DNA from: the human T2T-CHM13v2.0 reference genome, Homo sapiens
Length of the DNA: 64,000 nt
Reading direction: 5' to 3' (one strand)
Assembly (NCBI RefSeq): GCF_009914755.1
Contig: NC_060939.1
A model generated the notes under the pieces. That model was not told the DNA's origin. It made no database searches and saw nothing but the letters and a program-made list of their open reading frames with translations. The position numbers and the translations under genes are program-made. Below are positions 1 through 21,302 of the stretch, in pieces. Each line of letters begins with the position of its first letter. Position 1 is the stretch's first letter.

Positions 1-541
1 CCTTGGCCTCCCAAAGTAGAAATCCTTATTTCTTAAGATGATTTTTGGTGAATAGAACCCTCTCCTTCCCATCATATACTGTACTTCCTTGAGAATAATA
101 CTTGCAACTTCTTGTACATTGTGCTACACAACTTCTGAGAGCATTGTGGTGTAGGAGTGGGGGAGCTGGGAGCAGGGAGAGGGTGGAGGATAAGTTGAGA
201 TCAGAAGATGAAGCACAATACGGCTGTACTGTATTTTACTTAGGACAGTTGGACTGTCTACAGCTCACAGGCTAGCCCCAGTCTCCTAAAGGATTGCTGG
301 AAATCTCTAAAGCTCCATTAGTGATAATACCTATTGGATTTCTGGGTCTGGTTAGGTATTGCACTGTTCCACACCCCGACTCCTGCCCCACTTCCTCACT
401 TCCCATGTGTTGGTTCAAATTCGGTAGTATTGAGGTTCCAGAGTTACCTGGAAGCAGGCAGAAATCCCCCATAGGGTTTTGACCGTACTTGTTCATCCTT
501 AGAGTCAAGACCAACCTCTCGACACCACTGAATGCACCCCT

Positions 542-1268
542 TGTAACCACTCAAAGGGTCCACCTTGCCCACTGCCTAGACAGAGCTAATTTATCAAGAC
601 AGGGGAATTGCAGTAGCGAAGAGTTTAATTCACACAGAACTGGTTGTACAGGAGACTGGAGTTTTATTATTACTCAAATCAGCCTCCTCGAGAATTCGGG
701 GATCAGAGTTTTTAAGGATAATTTGGTTGGGGCAGGGGCAGTGAATCGGGAGTGCTGATTGGTTGACTCACAGATGAAATCATAGAGAGTTGAAACTGTC
801 CTCTTATACTGAGTCATTTCCTGGGTGGAGGCCACAAGACCAGATGAGCCAGTTTATTGATCTGGGTGGTGCTAGCCGATCCATGAAGTGTAGGGTCTAC
901 AAAATACGTCAAGCACTGATCTTAGGTTCTACAATAGTTATGTTATTCCCAGGAACAATTTGAGGAGGTTCAGAATCTTGCCACTTCCAGCTGCATGACT
1001 CCTAAACCATAATTTCTAATCCTGTAGCTAATTTGTTAGTCCTTTAAAAAAAAAGCAGTCTAGCCCCCCAGGCAGGAAGGGTGTTTATTTTGGGAAAGAG
1101 CTGTTATTGTCTTTGTTTCAAAGCTAAACTATAAACTAAGTTCCTCCCAAAGTTCATTGGGCCCACACCCAAGAATGAACAAGCACAACTTGAAGGTTTG
1201 AAAGTAAGATGGAGTCGATTAGGTCAACCACAATTTTCTCAGTTGTAATTTTTGCAAAGGCGGTTTCA
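542..1268 (-). mobile_element. LTR8/LTR8A solo LTR (ERV1)
   Basis: Minus strand starts tgaaaccgcctttgcaaaa and ends ...ggttaca, as I recall for LTR8. TG...CA termini intact, near-TSD ccct/ctct, internal aataaa. Confidence 0.88.
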
Positions 1269-1749
1269 CTCTGACTCTTAGGACAAGGGTCTGAGCCAAC
1301 CAAGGAGGGTGGGAGGAACGATAGTTTTTGCTTATGGAGTCAAGTGAGCTTGACATTGTGACTTTCTCCTGTTTCTGGATCTTACTTTCTGGAGGCCGGT
1401 GATAAGAGTTCTCACAGGTAGAGTCTACCAAAAAAAAAAAATGCCCTTCTTCACAAAAGCCAGAACAGACTAAGCATTTCCTTTCTCAGTCCCCATCTGC
1501 AAGTAGTGTTGTGGGCTTTAAGTCTGTCTCCGGTGTCTGCCAGATTCTAGGGGTAAATATATGAGATGTTACTGATCTCTTCTGGCTTCCCAATTAGGTA
1601 AATACTTAGTAAGCATGATTTTTATTTAAGGTCCCGGGCTTTTTTGTTGTGTTCTCTGACCCAAAGTAAGAACTTACTTACCTTATGATCAACGGTTTTA
1701 GTAGTTAGAAATCTGAACTCAGGTGGCTAAAGGTAATCTTCCTCATTGA

Positions 1750-2098
<349 letters not shown>

Positions 2099-2935
2099 TG
2101 AACAGTTCTCTTAATACTCAGTCTTCTCTCTCCCTCCCCTTTAATGACTTCTTGAAGAACAAGAGGTGGGGAGGATATCTCAAGTTTTCACAGGAAGTTT
2201 TGAGCTTATCCAGCAATGCTTTGCTTTAAGTTCCTCCCATAGCAACTTGTTCCAACAAGCCTGATTTTTCCAAATGGCTTCCCAACAGCAAAGTAGAATG
2301 GTTTGTTTCTAAAGCCTCTTAAGTGTTAACACAATTGCAAAACAAAGGTCATTTCTCCTTCCAGCTGTTACATTGTCAGAAACTCTACTTACAAATCCAG
2401 GCAATTTATCACATTGCCAAGTATTGTTAAGCATTCAGGTACTCAGCGTACCCTGAGAGGTGCATTGACAGATTTGCAATCAAATAAATTCCTAATTCTG
2501 GAATTAATTCAATTAATTATTAATTATTGTTCACACCCCCACTGACACCCCTGTAATATTAATATTTTAGGGGAACATAAAAATCTTCCTTTCTTCATTA
2601 CCTAAAAATGTCTGTATTTCTTGTGGCATAAAGCATTCACTAGTAGTCCTAATAGGCAGTTTCAAGTTTAGAGTCTAATCTATAAGCCTGATAGTATAAG
2701 GGACTCTGTCTCAGTTGAAGAAGCAAGCATGACAGAAACCTTTAATCAGCCCTGTAATGAGTTGAAATCTGTCCTGTGTCCCTTAAAAAGATATATTCCA
2801 GTCCTAACCCTGAGTAGCTTTGAATGTGGCTTTATTTGGATAAGAGACTTTGCAGATGTAATTCAGGATTTTCAGTGTGAAATCATCTAGGTTTTAGAAT
2901 GAACCGTAAATCCAATGACTGGTGTCCTTATGAAA

Positions 2936-3970
<1,035 letters not shown>

Positions 3971-3971
3971 C

Positions 3972-4333
<362 letters not shown>

Positions 4334-4430
4334 TAAACTCATATCAATCCAATTTTTTTTTCATTCTGCCAGTGAAAAGAGTCAAACTCTGTAAAATATT
4401 TGAAGAGATTCATCTTGAGACCAAATATGA

Positions 4431-4802
<372 letters not shown>

Positions 4803-5096
4803 GAATGTTTTATACGTTTTAGGGAGACATAAGACATCAAGCAATACATGTCAGATGCTCATTGTTCTGGTTCTGTCTGGAAAGGTGGGACAACTCGGAG
4901 TGGGGGTTTCCAGGTTATAGGTGAATTCAAATATTTTCTGATTGGCAGTTGGTTGAAAGAGTTAAGCTATTATCTAAAGACCTGGAATTAATAGAAGGGA
5001 GTATTTTGGTTAGAATTAGGGATTGTGGAGACCAAGGTTCTTACCATGTGGATGAAGCCTCCAGGTAGCAGGCTTTAGAGAGAATACATTGTAGAT

Positions 5097-5579
5097 CAGG
5101 GGTGTTCAATCTTTTGGGTTCCCTAGGCCACACTGGAAGAAGAAGAATTGCCTTGGGTCACACATAGAATATACTAAAAAAAAAATTGCAAGGCCCAGCA
5201 CAGTGGCTCACGCCTGTAATCTCAGCACTTTGGGAGGCCGAGATGGGCGGATTGCTTGAGGTCAGGAGTTCAAGACCAGCCTGGTTGACACAGTGAAACC
5301 TCGTCTCTACTAAAAATACAAAATTAGCCGGGCGTGGTGGTGCATGCCTGTAGTCCTAGCTACTCAGGAGGCTGAGGCAGAAGAATCACTTGAACCAGGG
5401 AGGCGGAGGTTGCAGTGAGCCGAGATCGCACCACTGCACCCTAGCCTAGGCAACAGAGCCAGACTCCTTCCTAAAAAAAATAAAAATTGCAAAGAAATCT
5501 CATAATGTTTTAAGAAAGTTTACAAATTTGTGTTGGACCACATTCATAGCTGTTTTGGTGCGTGGATTGAACAAGCTTG
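5097..5579 (+). mobile_element. MER30 (hAT-Charlie MITE) inside MER4
   Basis: caggggtgttcaatctttt...acaagcttg termini; perfect 8-bp TSD ttgtagat at 5089-5096 and 5580-5587. Confidence 0.92.
5192..5480 (+). mobile_element. AluS inside MER30
   Basis: Full Alu; TSD aaaaattgcaa. Confidence 0.95.
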
Positions 5580-6425
5580 TTGTAGATGTTCCTTATCAGA
5601 CTTAGAAAGCTGTCACGCTCTTAGTTAATTGTCTCCTGGATCAGGGAAAAGACCTAGAAAAGGAAGTAGATTCTCTACAGAATGTAGATTTCCCCCACAA
5701 GAGACAACTTTGTAGGGCCATTTCAAAATACATCAAAGAAATATATTTGGGGGTAAAATACTTCTATTTTTTTCAGGGCCTACCATCTGTCATGTTGGTA
5801 TCTTATTGCTACAGTCTGTTTTGTCAGTCTTAAAGTCTCTGTTTTAATGTCAATGCTGGTCAGCTGTGCCTGAATTCCAGCGGGAGAAGAGTATGATGAG
5901 GCACGTCCAACTCCCCCTTCCTATAGTGGCCTTAACTAGTTTGGAGGTTAACTTTGGAACGCCCTTGGCTAAGATGAAGGATCCAGTCGGTTGGGGGGCT
6001 TAGAATTTTGTTTTTGGTTTACAGTTGCCTCCACAAACATTTATTGAGCACTATCATGTGCCAAGCAGAGAAACAAGAAAATCCTTGTTCTTACAGAGCC
6101 TATATTCTGATAGTGATGGTGGTGGGAAAGAGAAAATAAACAAGCAAACAATAAATAAGATAATTTCTAATGGTGAAAACGACTATTAAGACAGAGTGAT
6201 GTGACAGAGAATATTGAGGTATGGTGGGCTTCTTTAGATTAAGTGGTCAGGGAGGAAGGTCTCTGAGGAGATGATGTTTAAGCTGAAATCTGAATAAAAA
6301 GAAAGAGCTGGTGACCGGAAGATCAATCAATGGGAAGAATGTTGCAGGCAGATGTTACAGCTGGTGCAAAGGCTCTTAGGCAGGAATCACCTCAGTGACT
6401 GAAGAATAGGTAGAAGGCCAATGGT

Positions 6426-6838
<413 letters not shown>

Positions 6839-6907
6839 TTAGATTTTATTCCAAATGCAATGGGAAACATTTGGAAGACTTTAGGAAAGAAAAGTGGTCT
6901 GATTTAT

Positions 6908-7267
<360 letters not shown>

Positions 7268-7340
7268 TAAATGAACCCTACTGCTGCCATGTTGGAGTTA
7301 GTTGAAGGAGTGTGGGGTTGTATTGTATCAGCTTGGCTAA

Positions 7341-7666
<326 letters not shown>

Positions 7667-8173
7667 CTTTTATTTTTTTTCAAGAATTTCCTTTGCTACC
7701 TGACTCAGGATTAGCAAGCCTCATGGGAGGCATTTTGCATGGTATTTGAAAGGTGAGAAGGAAGCAGTAGCTTGTTTTTACACTTGGAAGGTCTGTGCAG
7801 GGCACAGGCACCCATCCCAGCTCACCCATGTTTTTGTAATCTGCTGACTCACCTTGCTGGCCTTGGGCAACATCCAGCCCACAGTTCCTTCAACTCCTGC
7901 CAGATGTTCTCCTTTAGCTTCTCCAAGTCCCGGGCCAGAAACATGTTTAGCTCCATGACTAAGGGCAGAACATTAGACTATCTGTGGAAGCTTGGAGTTA
8001 CTGAGAGGTCTGTCCTTGTAGGTTCATGTTTCTCTTTCCAGATGCTAGTTGATCCTTATGTCTTCAGTTTGCATTCATCCTCCCTTCTAAGTACCAGCCC
8101 CAACCTCTGGCACCAGGCACATATAGTGTTTAATCAGCTCCCACAGTTTTCTAAGGTGAAAGTCCTACAATAA

Positions 8174-8176
<3 letters not shown>

Positions 8177-8225
<49 letters not shown>

Positions 8226-8410
8226 ATTTATTTATATTTTATATAAGTATATTTATATATAATTTACAGTTAAAATTTTTATCAATATTTATATTTTAAA
8301 TATATTTATATACGTAGATTTTCTATAAAATGTTATATATTATATATTTACATTTTTATGCATAAAACATGTGATTTTTATATATTTGTTTTGTTACATA
8401 TGTATGTATA
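8177..8410. repeat. Pure (TA)~23 tract (8177-8223) followed by degenerate AT-rich low complexity
   Basis: Seen directly. Confidence 0.95.
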
Positions 8411-8411
8411 T

Positions 8412-8606
8412 GTTTCTCCTGCTTCAGCCTCCAGAGTAGCTGGGATTACAGACACGTGTCACCATGCCCGGCTAATTTTGTATTTTTAGTAGAGTCGGGG
8501 TTTCACTGTGTTGCCCAGGCTGATCTCGAACTCCTGACCTCAGGTAATCCACCCGCCTCGGCCTCCCAAAGTGCTGGGATTACAGGTGTGAGCCACTGCG
8601 CCTGGC
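8412..8606 (-). mobile_element. AluS, 3'-truncated
   Basis: Left arm and linker present; right arm stops at ttctcctgc. Confidence 0.92.
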
Positions 8607-8758
8607 TTATCCCTGTGGTTTTCTTCTCTCATTGAACACCATTGAAGAAGAGGCAAACGTGAAAGCAGGTACTGGGAACTTAGTCCAGACCCAGAGATCC
8701 AGAGACATTGTCATGGAGATGGGGAGAAGTGTACCAATTTAAGAAATGTTTTGGAGGT

Positions 8759-9756
<998 letters not shown>

Positions 9757-9795
9757 GAGGTAGAACTTGCAAAACATATAGATATATATTGGATG

Positions 9796-9959
9796 CAGGG
9801 CTGCCTTCCTATGTAGTCACACTGGGCCTCACACTTAGAAGGACCCCACAGTTGGTTTAATGCTCTGCTATTGCTGTCTTGAAATTCTTAATAATTTTTT
9901 AACAAGGAGCTCTGTGTTTTCATTTTTCACTGGACCTGCAAATTATGTAACTGGTCCAG
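9796..9959 (+). mobile_element. MER91A (hAT-Tip100)
   Basis: cagggctgcc...ttggtttaatgctctgct...gtcttgaaattcttaataa...aattatgtaactggtccag; 8-bp TSD attggatg/actggatg. Confidence 0.85.
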
Positions 9960-10439
9960 ACTGGATGTAAGGAGTGAAGGAAAAGAGGCTAAAGTTATTA
10001 CACTTCAATTTTTGGCTTAAACAACTGGGTGGGTGGTAGGGCACTTTGAGGTACAATTTGGAAGAGAAATGAAGAATTCTGATTTGAACATGTTAACTAA
10101 GAGCTGCCTCTTAGACATTGTGGTATTTGTTGATGGCTTCCGCAGCATTCGTTTTTCTCTTCGTGATTCCTAACTAGACCTTGTTTTCCAGGCTCATGGT
10201 TAGGGTTTGATTGGTTCCAGCTCCAGCCACCCACAAACTGTCCTGACATGGCAGGCTCTGCCCTACAGGGGCAAAGTGTCAAGTAAACATAGAAGACTAA
10301 TTCTTTTTGTAATTCTCTTTACCCCTAGATTAAAGAACAAGGAGATGGCTGGCTATTTAAGAAGGAAAGGCAGAGGCTGCAGAAATTGAGCCTAACGGCT
10401 TATCAGATGGGATGGATAATTCTTTAAGTTTAAAAGAAC

Positions 10440-10875
10440 TACTCATTTTCCCCAACATCTGTCTTTGCCATCTTCCTATCTAAGGAACCTTTCACTTTTT
10501 AGCTGGGGACATAGCTTTCTGGTATGAGAACTACACTGCTCAAACTTCCAATCAGGTAAGCTCTGCCATTTGATTATATTCTGTTTAATGTGCTGTCAGA
10601 GGAAGTGGGGTATGCAATTTCCTAGACACATCTTTAAAGGAAGGGGAAATTCCATTTATCCTCCCCTTTCCTTTCGGTTGGCTAGATTTTCTATGTATTG
10701 ACCGAAATCCTAGTAGTCTGCAGCAGAAAAGTATGCTGGTCCATTGACGTGGAGCCAGGCCAGTTCCGGACTGCCTATCTCTGGAGTTTTACAAGAAAGA
10801 TAAGTACTATCTAATTTAAGCCACCACTGTTTTGGATGTCTGTCACATATAGCCAATGTTAATCCTAAGTGATAT
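10440..10875 (+). mobile_element. Old MaLR LTR, MLT1J-like
   Basis: agctggggacatag...ggactgcctatctctgga...tttaagccacc...tgtcacatatagccaa..aatcctaagtgata. Confidence 0.6.
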
Positions 10876-11622
10876 GATACTCATATAATTAACACCTTTT
10901 CTTAAGGACATCTAAATGAGTATCTACTTGCTAGAACCAAGAGTCTAATTAGAACTTTTTTTTTTCTTATTCAGGCCATGTACAATTTAGTTTTCAAGCA
11001 AACCACAAAACCTTACTTAACCCATATTTTGCTTTGTCTATTTTTTAAGTCCTAAAAGAAATATAGACACTTTATTAAGATCTATTATTAAAAGACCACT
11101 ATTTCCTCTAGGGAAGCAACAATTGATCCACGTTTTCCTGGCACCAGCTCACATTTCATAAATCCTTGTTTAAAATTAACCCAGATCATTAAAAAACATA
11201 AAAAAATTCTTTTTAAATTACACAATAAAAGCTGCCTTCAGAGAGACTTAAAAAAAGTGAGTTTATGGGTAATCTCAGATAAGGTGACCAAATATTCAAA
11301 ATCGACGAAGACAGTTCCAGTTCCCAGATTGCCAGCTGCTCTGGTTTCTGTCACAGCACACATCTTATGGTTCCAGCCAGATGTCATCCAACTTTAGGAC
11401 AGGAATTCCTGTCCCTGCTCAGGAGAGCAAGCCACTGAAAATGGGAAGAACCAGTAAGAAAAGTGGAAATGGCAAAAAACTAATGAAGCTGCATTTAAAA
11501 TTTTAGTTAACAATTTGGTTCATTGTTCAACAAAGTTTGAAAGCGTTTGTCAATAAATCTTGTTTAGTTTTATGTATTCCGCACTGTGCATGGTAACCCA
11601 TTTCTGGGGTGTGATTATAATA

Positions 11623-11923
11623 TTTTTTTTTTTTTTTTTGAAACAGAGTCTCAGTCTGTCGCCCAGGCTGGACTGCAGTGGCACAATCTCGGCTCACTGC
11701 AACTTCCACCTCACCTCCCGGGTCTAAGTGATTCTCCTGTCTCAGTCCCCAAGTAGCTGGGATTACAAGTGCATGCCACCACGCCCAGCTAATTTTTGTA
11801 CTTTTAGTAGAGATGGGATTTCACCATGTTGGCCAGATTGGTCTCGAACTCCTGACCTCGTGATCCACCCGCCTCGGCCTCCCAAAGTGCTGGGATTACA
11901 GGCGTGAGCCACCGCACCCAGGC
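11623..11923 (-). mobile_element. AluSg-like
   Basis: Full body, poly-T. Confidence 0.95.
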
Positions 11924-11946
11924 AATATTCTTAAAAAGTGATGTGG

Positions 11947-12532
<586 letters not shown>

Positions 12533-12850
12533 TTACACATGCCCAGGACTGTTGGATGGTGGGTTGTCTACAGAGGATTGGTCCATGGTAATTTACCCTT
12601 GATGTTCATTGGACAGATGATGTTTAAAGGCTAAATAAAAGTTAGCCAGGTGGACAAGAAAAGGAAGGACATTCTAAGTGGAGAGAACAGTGTGTGTAAA
12701 CAGAAGAAAAAGACAGTATAGTGTATGGATTCACAAAATCTTATCTTTCATTCTGAAATCCCAAAAGTTCAAAAAGCTCAAAGCTTTTCTTAACCTATTT
12801 GTCAGGAAAACCAGACCCAACTCAATTTGAACTCATGGGTGTGCTGCATT

Positions 12851-13633
<783 letters not shown>

Positions 13634-14620
13634 TGGCCCTTGCTAAGTGGAAAACCAGACCTGAACTGACCTAAGGTCATTTGCAAATGTATTCATACTT
13701 AATGTGAATATTTAGGTTTCTGGCAGAGATGTTTATGTTTGTAATGATGAATTGATGTCTTAGACCCTGCTAGGTGTTGTGTACTATATGATACAAGCAT
13801 GGGGTTACTTGTCAAAAACCTGAAAAAAATTATGAATTTGGAAATACCTCTGGCCTCTGGGAGCTTTGCTAAGAGAATATGGGCCTGCATATAGTAAACT
13901 GGAGACATTTTTATATGTCTCAAAGATTTTGCACGTGGGGAATGGGGTGGGGAGTTGGCAGCAGTACAATATCGAAGGCAAGAAAGGAGGTGAAAAGGTG
14001 CACTGGAGCCACAGCATTAAGGTTTTTATGCCAAGCAAAGAGGATGGACTTGGCTGTAAATGGTGAGGAATTGTAACAAGGGATTTTAAACTGGGATGAC
14101 ATGATTAGACACATGTTTTAGGAAGACCATGCTGGCTGTAATGCGCAGGTTGGACTCTCCTGGGCAACAGAGCACAGGAAGTCCTGGGTTTGGGATTTCT
14201 GTCATTCCTGAGCGTGGAGAAAGAGAAGGGGAGGTGGAGAGGTATGAGAGACTGGCCCTAGTGATTCCCATGACTGCACAATGTGACACTTGAATGGATC
14301 ATGGAGGAAGCAGAGGCAACACATACTAAAGGCAGGGAGAGGACACTCTTTCAGATGTCATCTTCAGCTCTGCTTAGTAAGCTGATTAACAAAGCTTTTG
14401 CCAGCATCTGAGATGCATGTCCACCAAGAGATACCGTTCTCTTGCTTCTTGAATCATAGATTTTATTTTTAAGATTAAATAGGATTAAATCTTAATCCTA
14501 TTTAACCTGCAGATATTAAGCAGCAGGAGTTATCCAGAGACTCAGCAAAAGAATCTGGATTGGTCCCCTAACTCTATGTCATGTTGTTTTCATCATACCA
14601 CACTGCCATTCGATCAGTGA

Positions 14621-15257
14621 TGTTAAATTAAATGAGCAGGAACCACTAGCTTGAGGCTGTCTCCGTACTTTGAGTTCCTATATACTTAACAAACTGTAAC
14701 CTAACTTGGTGCAAAACAAATGGAAAGCCTAACTTAGGAGTATATTTTGTAACAGCCAAGCTTCAGCCAATGACAGGCAGCCAAGTGATCAGACCATCCC
14801 CAAATAAGGCAGCCACTTAACTGTAGCCAATCAGGTGATTTTTCTACTTTGCTTCTATGTTTGGCCTATAAAAACTTGTTGCTCACACTGCTTTGCTCAA
14901 ATAAACTCTGCTAAATTTAATTTGTCTCCTTTTTTTTTTGTTTGAGACAGAGTCTCACTCTGTTGCCAGGCTGGAGTACAATGGTGTGATCTTGGCTCAC
15001 TGCAACCTCTGCCTCCCTCCCGGGTTCAGGTGATTCTCCTTCCTCAGCCTCCCGAGTAGCTGGGATTACAGGTGCCTACACCACCATGCCTGGCTAATGT
15101 TTGTATTTTTAGTAGAGATAGGGTTTCACCATGCTGCCCAAGCTGGTCTTGAACTCCTGGCCTCAAGTGATCTGCCTGCTTCAGCCTCCCAAAGTGCTGG
15201 GATTACAGGTGTGAACCACCATGCCTGGACTAAAGTTGTTGTTGTTGTTTTTTTTAA
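14621..15257 (+). mobile_element. MER57-family LTR (ERV1) with an Alu near its 3' end
   Basis: tgttaaa...tgaggctgtctccgtactttgagttcc...cccaaataaggc..ctgtagccaatc...tataaaa...gctcaaataaactctgctaaatttaatttgtct. Confidence 0.8.
14930..15229 (-). mobile_element. AluS
   Basis: Full body. Confidence 0.94.
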
Positions 15258-15836
15258 TGGTGTGAAATATGGTGATAGTTCATATAAATATCTGTGTCAG
15301 TTCCTAAAAAGAATATAGAGGAATAAAAGACCAATGCAGTAAGTATTGACTTAACAGTCCTTGGAAGGCATTTTTCTCCCTTCTTCAAGTTTTAATAAAA
15401 ATAAAACCCTAAAATTCATAGCATCATGGAATAGAAGTCTGGTAAAGCGAGCAGAATAATTTATGCATAATTATAAAATAACTGGTGCATTAAGTGGTTA
15501 TATGATCTGTCTCATGAGTTAGTTGGTCAAATTTTATACACAGCTTATTTATAATTAATTATTTCTTAATCTCCCTCCAATTGTTTAATGGTTCCCATAT
15601 GCTTGCTTGTGCTTTAGCTTGTATGCACTTGGTGAATCTTACCTACCACAAACAGAAGTCTGGAAAGTGAAAATTTATTTCCTTTTCACCATGACCAGCC
15701 TTGTTCAGGTAATTCTCCAGAGATAACTACTCTTAAGAGGTTTGTATGTACTCTTTTAGACTTTTTCTATTTATATCCACATGCCTGTATGTTATAGACC
15801 TTCAAAAACAAATGTTATTGCGTGCTTTTTCTATAA

Positions 15837-16774
<938 letters not shown>

Positions 16775-17023
16775 CGGTTTTTTTTTTTAATTTTTTAATT
16801 TTTAAAAATTTAAGCCATCAGTTATTAATTTTCTAAATTTAAGGAGAATGTTCTTTTTCACTTAATAATATGTTACATATATATTTTTCGGGTATGTTAC
16901 ATACATATTTTAATGTGTATGTATGTATGTATACAATTTTAATATGTATGTATGTATTACATATAATAATATGTTACATACACACTTTTACATATTTTTC
17001 AGGGAAGTATGTATAGATTGACC

Positions 17024-17187
17024 TTATTTATTTTTATTTTTTATTTTTTAGAGACAGGGTCTTGCTCTGTCACCCAACTCAGAGTCTGGTGACACAGTCA
17101 TAGCTCACTGTAACCTCAAACTCCTGGGTCCTTCCGCCTTGGCCTCCCAAGCACTAGGATTACAGATGTGAGATGCTGTGCTCAGCC
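17024..17187 (-). mobile_element. Alu monomer (FLAM/FRAM/AluJ fragment)
   Basis: gagacagggtcttgctc...atagctcactg...gggtccttccgccttggcc. Confidence 0.85.
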
Positions 17188-17269
17188 CTTATTTGTTTTA
17201 ATGATTGGGTTCCATTGATTGCATGGATGTTCTTTAATTTTAGCCATTCCTTTACTGATGGGTAAATAG

Positions 17270-17635
<366 letters not shown>

Positions 17636-18127
17636 CTCTTGTGCTACTTTCTATTAGTACTTACAGAAACTTACTCTCTAAGGTCCTTGGCTAAGGTTAC
17701 ATTTTGCAGGAACGAATATCTTTTTTCACTTAAACCAAAAAGAAGTCATTCATGTTAACCTATAAATACAGCAACAAAAGCATCTTATTAATTTTTATGC
17801 AAATTATGAAAGTAACCAAGGGGGTTCAGACCCAATCAAAACCATAAATATCTTGCTATTTTCACCTTTAGCTCACCAGTCTCAGTGTCTTAAGCTAGGT
17901 CATTCTGGTGATTACTTTTAAATTTCTTTGATCTTCATTGGATCATATCTTTTCTCCTAAGAACATCTGAGAGGCACAGACCTGAGAAAGAATCCCCAGG
18001 CTGAAGAGGTAGAAGTTGGCAGAAGTTAAAAGCAATGTCTCCACAATGGAGAAGTGACATGCTAAAGGAACCTGGCATCCAGACATTTCCTAACCCCCAA
18101 TCCCTCCTTACATATGACCTGCTCTTA

Positions 18128-18390
18128 GAGGAGTACAGCGTGGTGGTTAGGAGTGTGGACTCGGCAGCCAGAAATCCTGGGATCTGTTGCTTGTTAGCTG
18201 TGGGCCTTAAGCTAAGAACTTAACCTCTCTGTGCCTCAGTTGCTCCATCTGTTCAAATGAAGATAATGATAATGAAGATGATATCACCTGCTGTGTAGGA
18301 TTGTTATGAAAAATCAAGAATTAATATTTGTAAATCACTTACAGGGTCTGGCACATAATAAGTGCTGTGTGGGTGTTTGTTAAATAAAAT
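18128..18390 (+). mobile_element. MIR, near full length
   Basis: agcgtggtggttaggagtgtggactc, core cttaacctctctgtgcctcagt..catctgt, tggcacataataagtgct. Confidence 0.88.
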
Positions 18391-18623
18391 AATATACAAT
18401 GACATAGGCATTGTGGTTGTTCTTCCTAGTCTCCTAAAGAAGCAGTTGTTTCTGAAACCTTCCCAAACTCAAATATAGCTGAAGTTGCTCAAAATATCAT
18501 GTGAAAATCCCTCCTCTTCACCAGCCCCTCCACTGTAGAGGCTTCTTTGTGCTCACAGAAGCCCTATATTTCAGTGGTCTGTTCTGGATGTCTAAACTTC
18601 TCATAAGAAGTGATATTTTATGG

Positions 18624-18953
<330 letters not shown>

Positions 18954-19118
18954 TTACGTTAAAAAAAAATGGACAGATACTAGGTGTCTGATTCCCAGAC
19001 AGTTGTTAGCACATTCTTTGTGTTCAACAAAACATTCTAATAAGAAGAGAAGATTTGTAAAAACACATAGAAGAAATTGATTAACAAACATAAGTACAGT
19101 GAAAATTATCTGGATTCT

Positions 19119-19798
<680 letters not shown>

Positions 19799-19907
19799 TT
19801 AGGAATAGAAAATAAGAGAAAATTCATTGACAGTATATATTTATATCCTATATTTTCAAATGTTAATATTATAACTGTCAGAAATAATGCCACATTTTAT
19901 TTATTGA

Positions 19908-20558
<651 letters not shown>

Positions 20559-20943
20559 TTACATATCTTTTATTACTATTTTCTTCCTACACCATCCCCG
20601 CAATCTCCTGTATTTTTATCAATTACAAAGCATGTGGAGTCAGGTGTGAAATTTTTTTCTCTAAATATGGTTAGACTTCTAAGGCAAACCGTATGGTTCC
20701 TGACTTCCTCTAAAGGAGGACTAATGGGTCACTCCATCTGGGGGGCATCCCCATTCTCTGGAGTATTTTGACTATAGCCTTGAGTTAAACACGTGGTTTG
20801 GTTGGCTGTACATCATGATTTAATTTCACAAGAATCTTGCATGTCTCATTTCCTCATACTATCACTAAAAAGATTTGAGGGGTTGACACTGGCTTTCAAC
20901 CTCAGCTTCAGCACAGAATCCAAATTGTAGGAGTTAGGGAGTA

Positions 20944-21302
20944 TATTATGGTCTAAATGTTTGTGTTACCCCCTTCTCCATTCATATGTTGAAATCCCAA
21001 CCTTCAAGGTGATGGTGTTGGGAAGTGGAGCGTTTGGGAAGCTATTAGGACATGAGGGCAGAGTTTAGTGTCCTTATAAAAGAGGCCCAAGAGAGACAAG
21101 TCCTTGCGTCTTCTACCACGTGAAGACTTAGCCAGATGGCACCTTCTATGAACAAGAAAGCAGGTGCTCACCAGAAACAGCACCTGCTGGTATGTTGATC
21201 TTGGACTTCACTGCCTTTAGAATTGTGAGAAATACATTTCTTTTGTTTATAAGCCACCCAGTTTATGGTATTTTATTACAGCAGCCCAAACCAGCTAAGA
21301 TG
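20944..21302 (+). mobile_element. MLT1A0-like MaLR solo LTR
   Basis: ttatggtctaaatgtttgtg..ttcatatgttgaaatc..ccttataaaagaggcc..gatcttggacttc..ataagccacccagtttatggta..gcagccc. Confidence 0.85.

Noticed and set aside
1417-1441. ggtaga-g-tctacc palindrome followed by A12
   Set aside because: A 6-bp stem with a 1-nt loop is expected by chance; no TSD found.
7772-8173. 133-aa ORF
   Set aside because: Lies inside the LTR41-like element, has a non-ATG start, and resembles no protein I know.
14314-14330. ggcaacacatactaaa, similar to the U6 snRNA 5' region; likewise gcactcgcttcag near 22487
   Set aside because: Matches under 20 nt with mismatches, no continuation, tail or TSD; chance.
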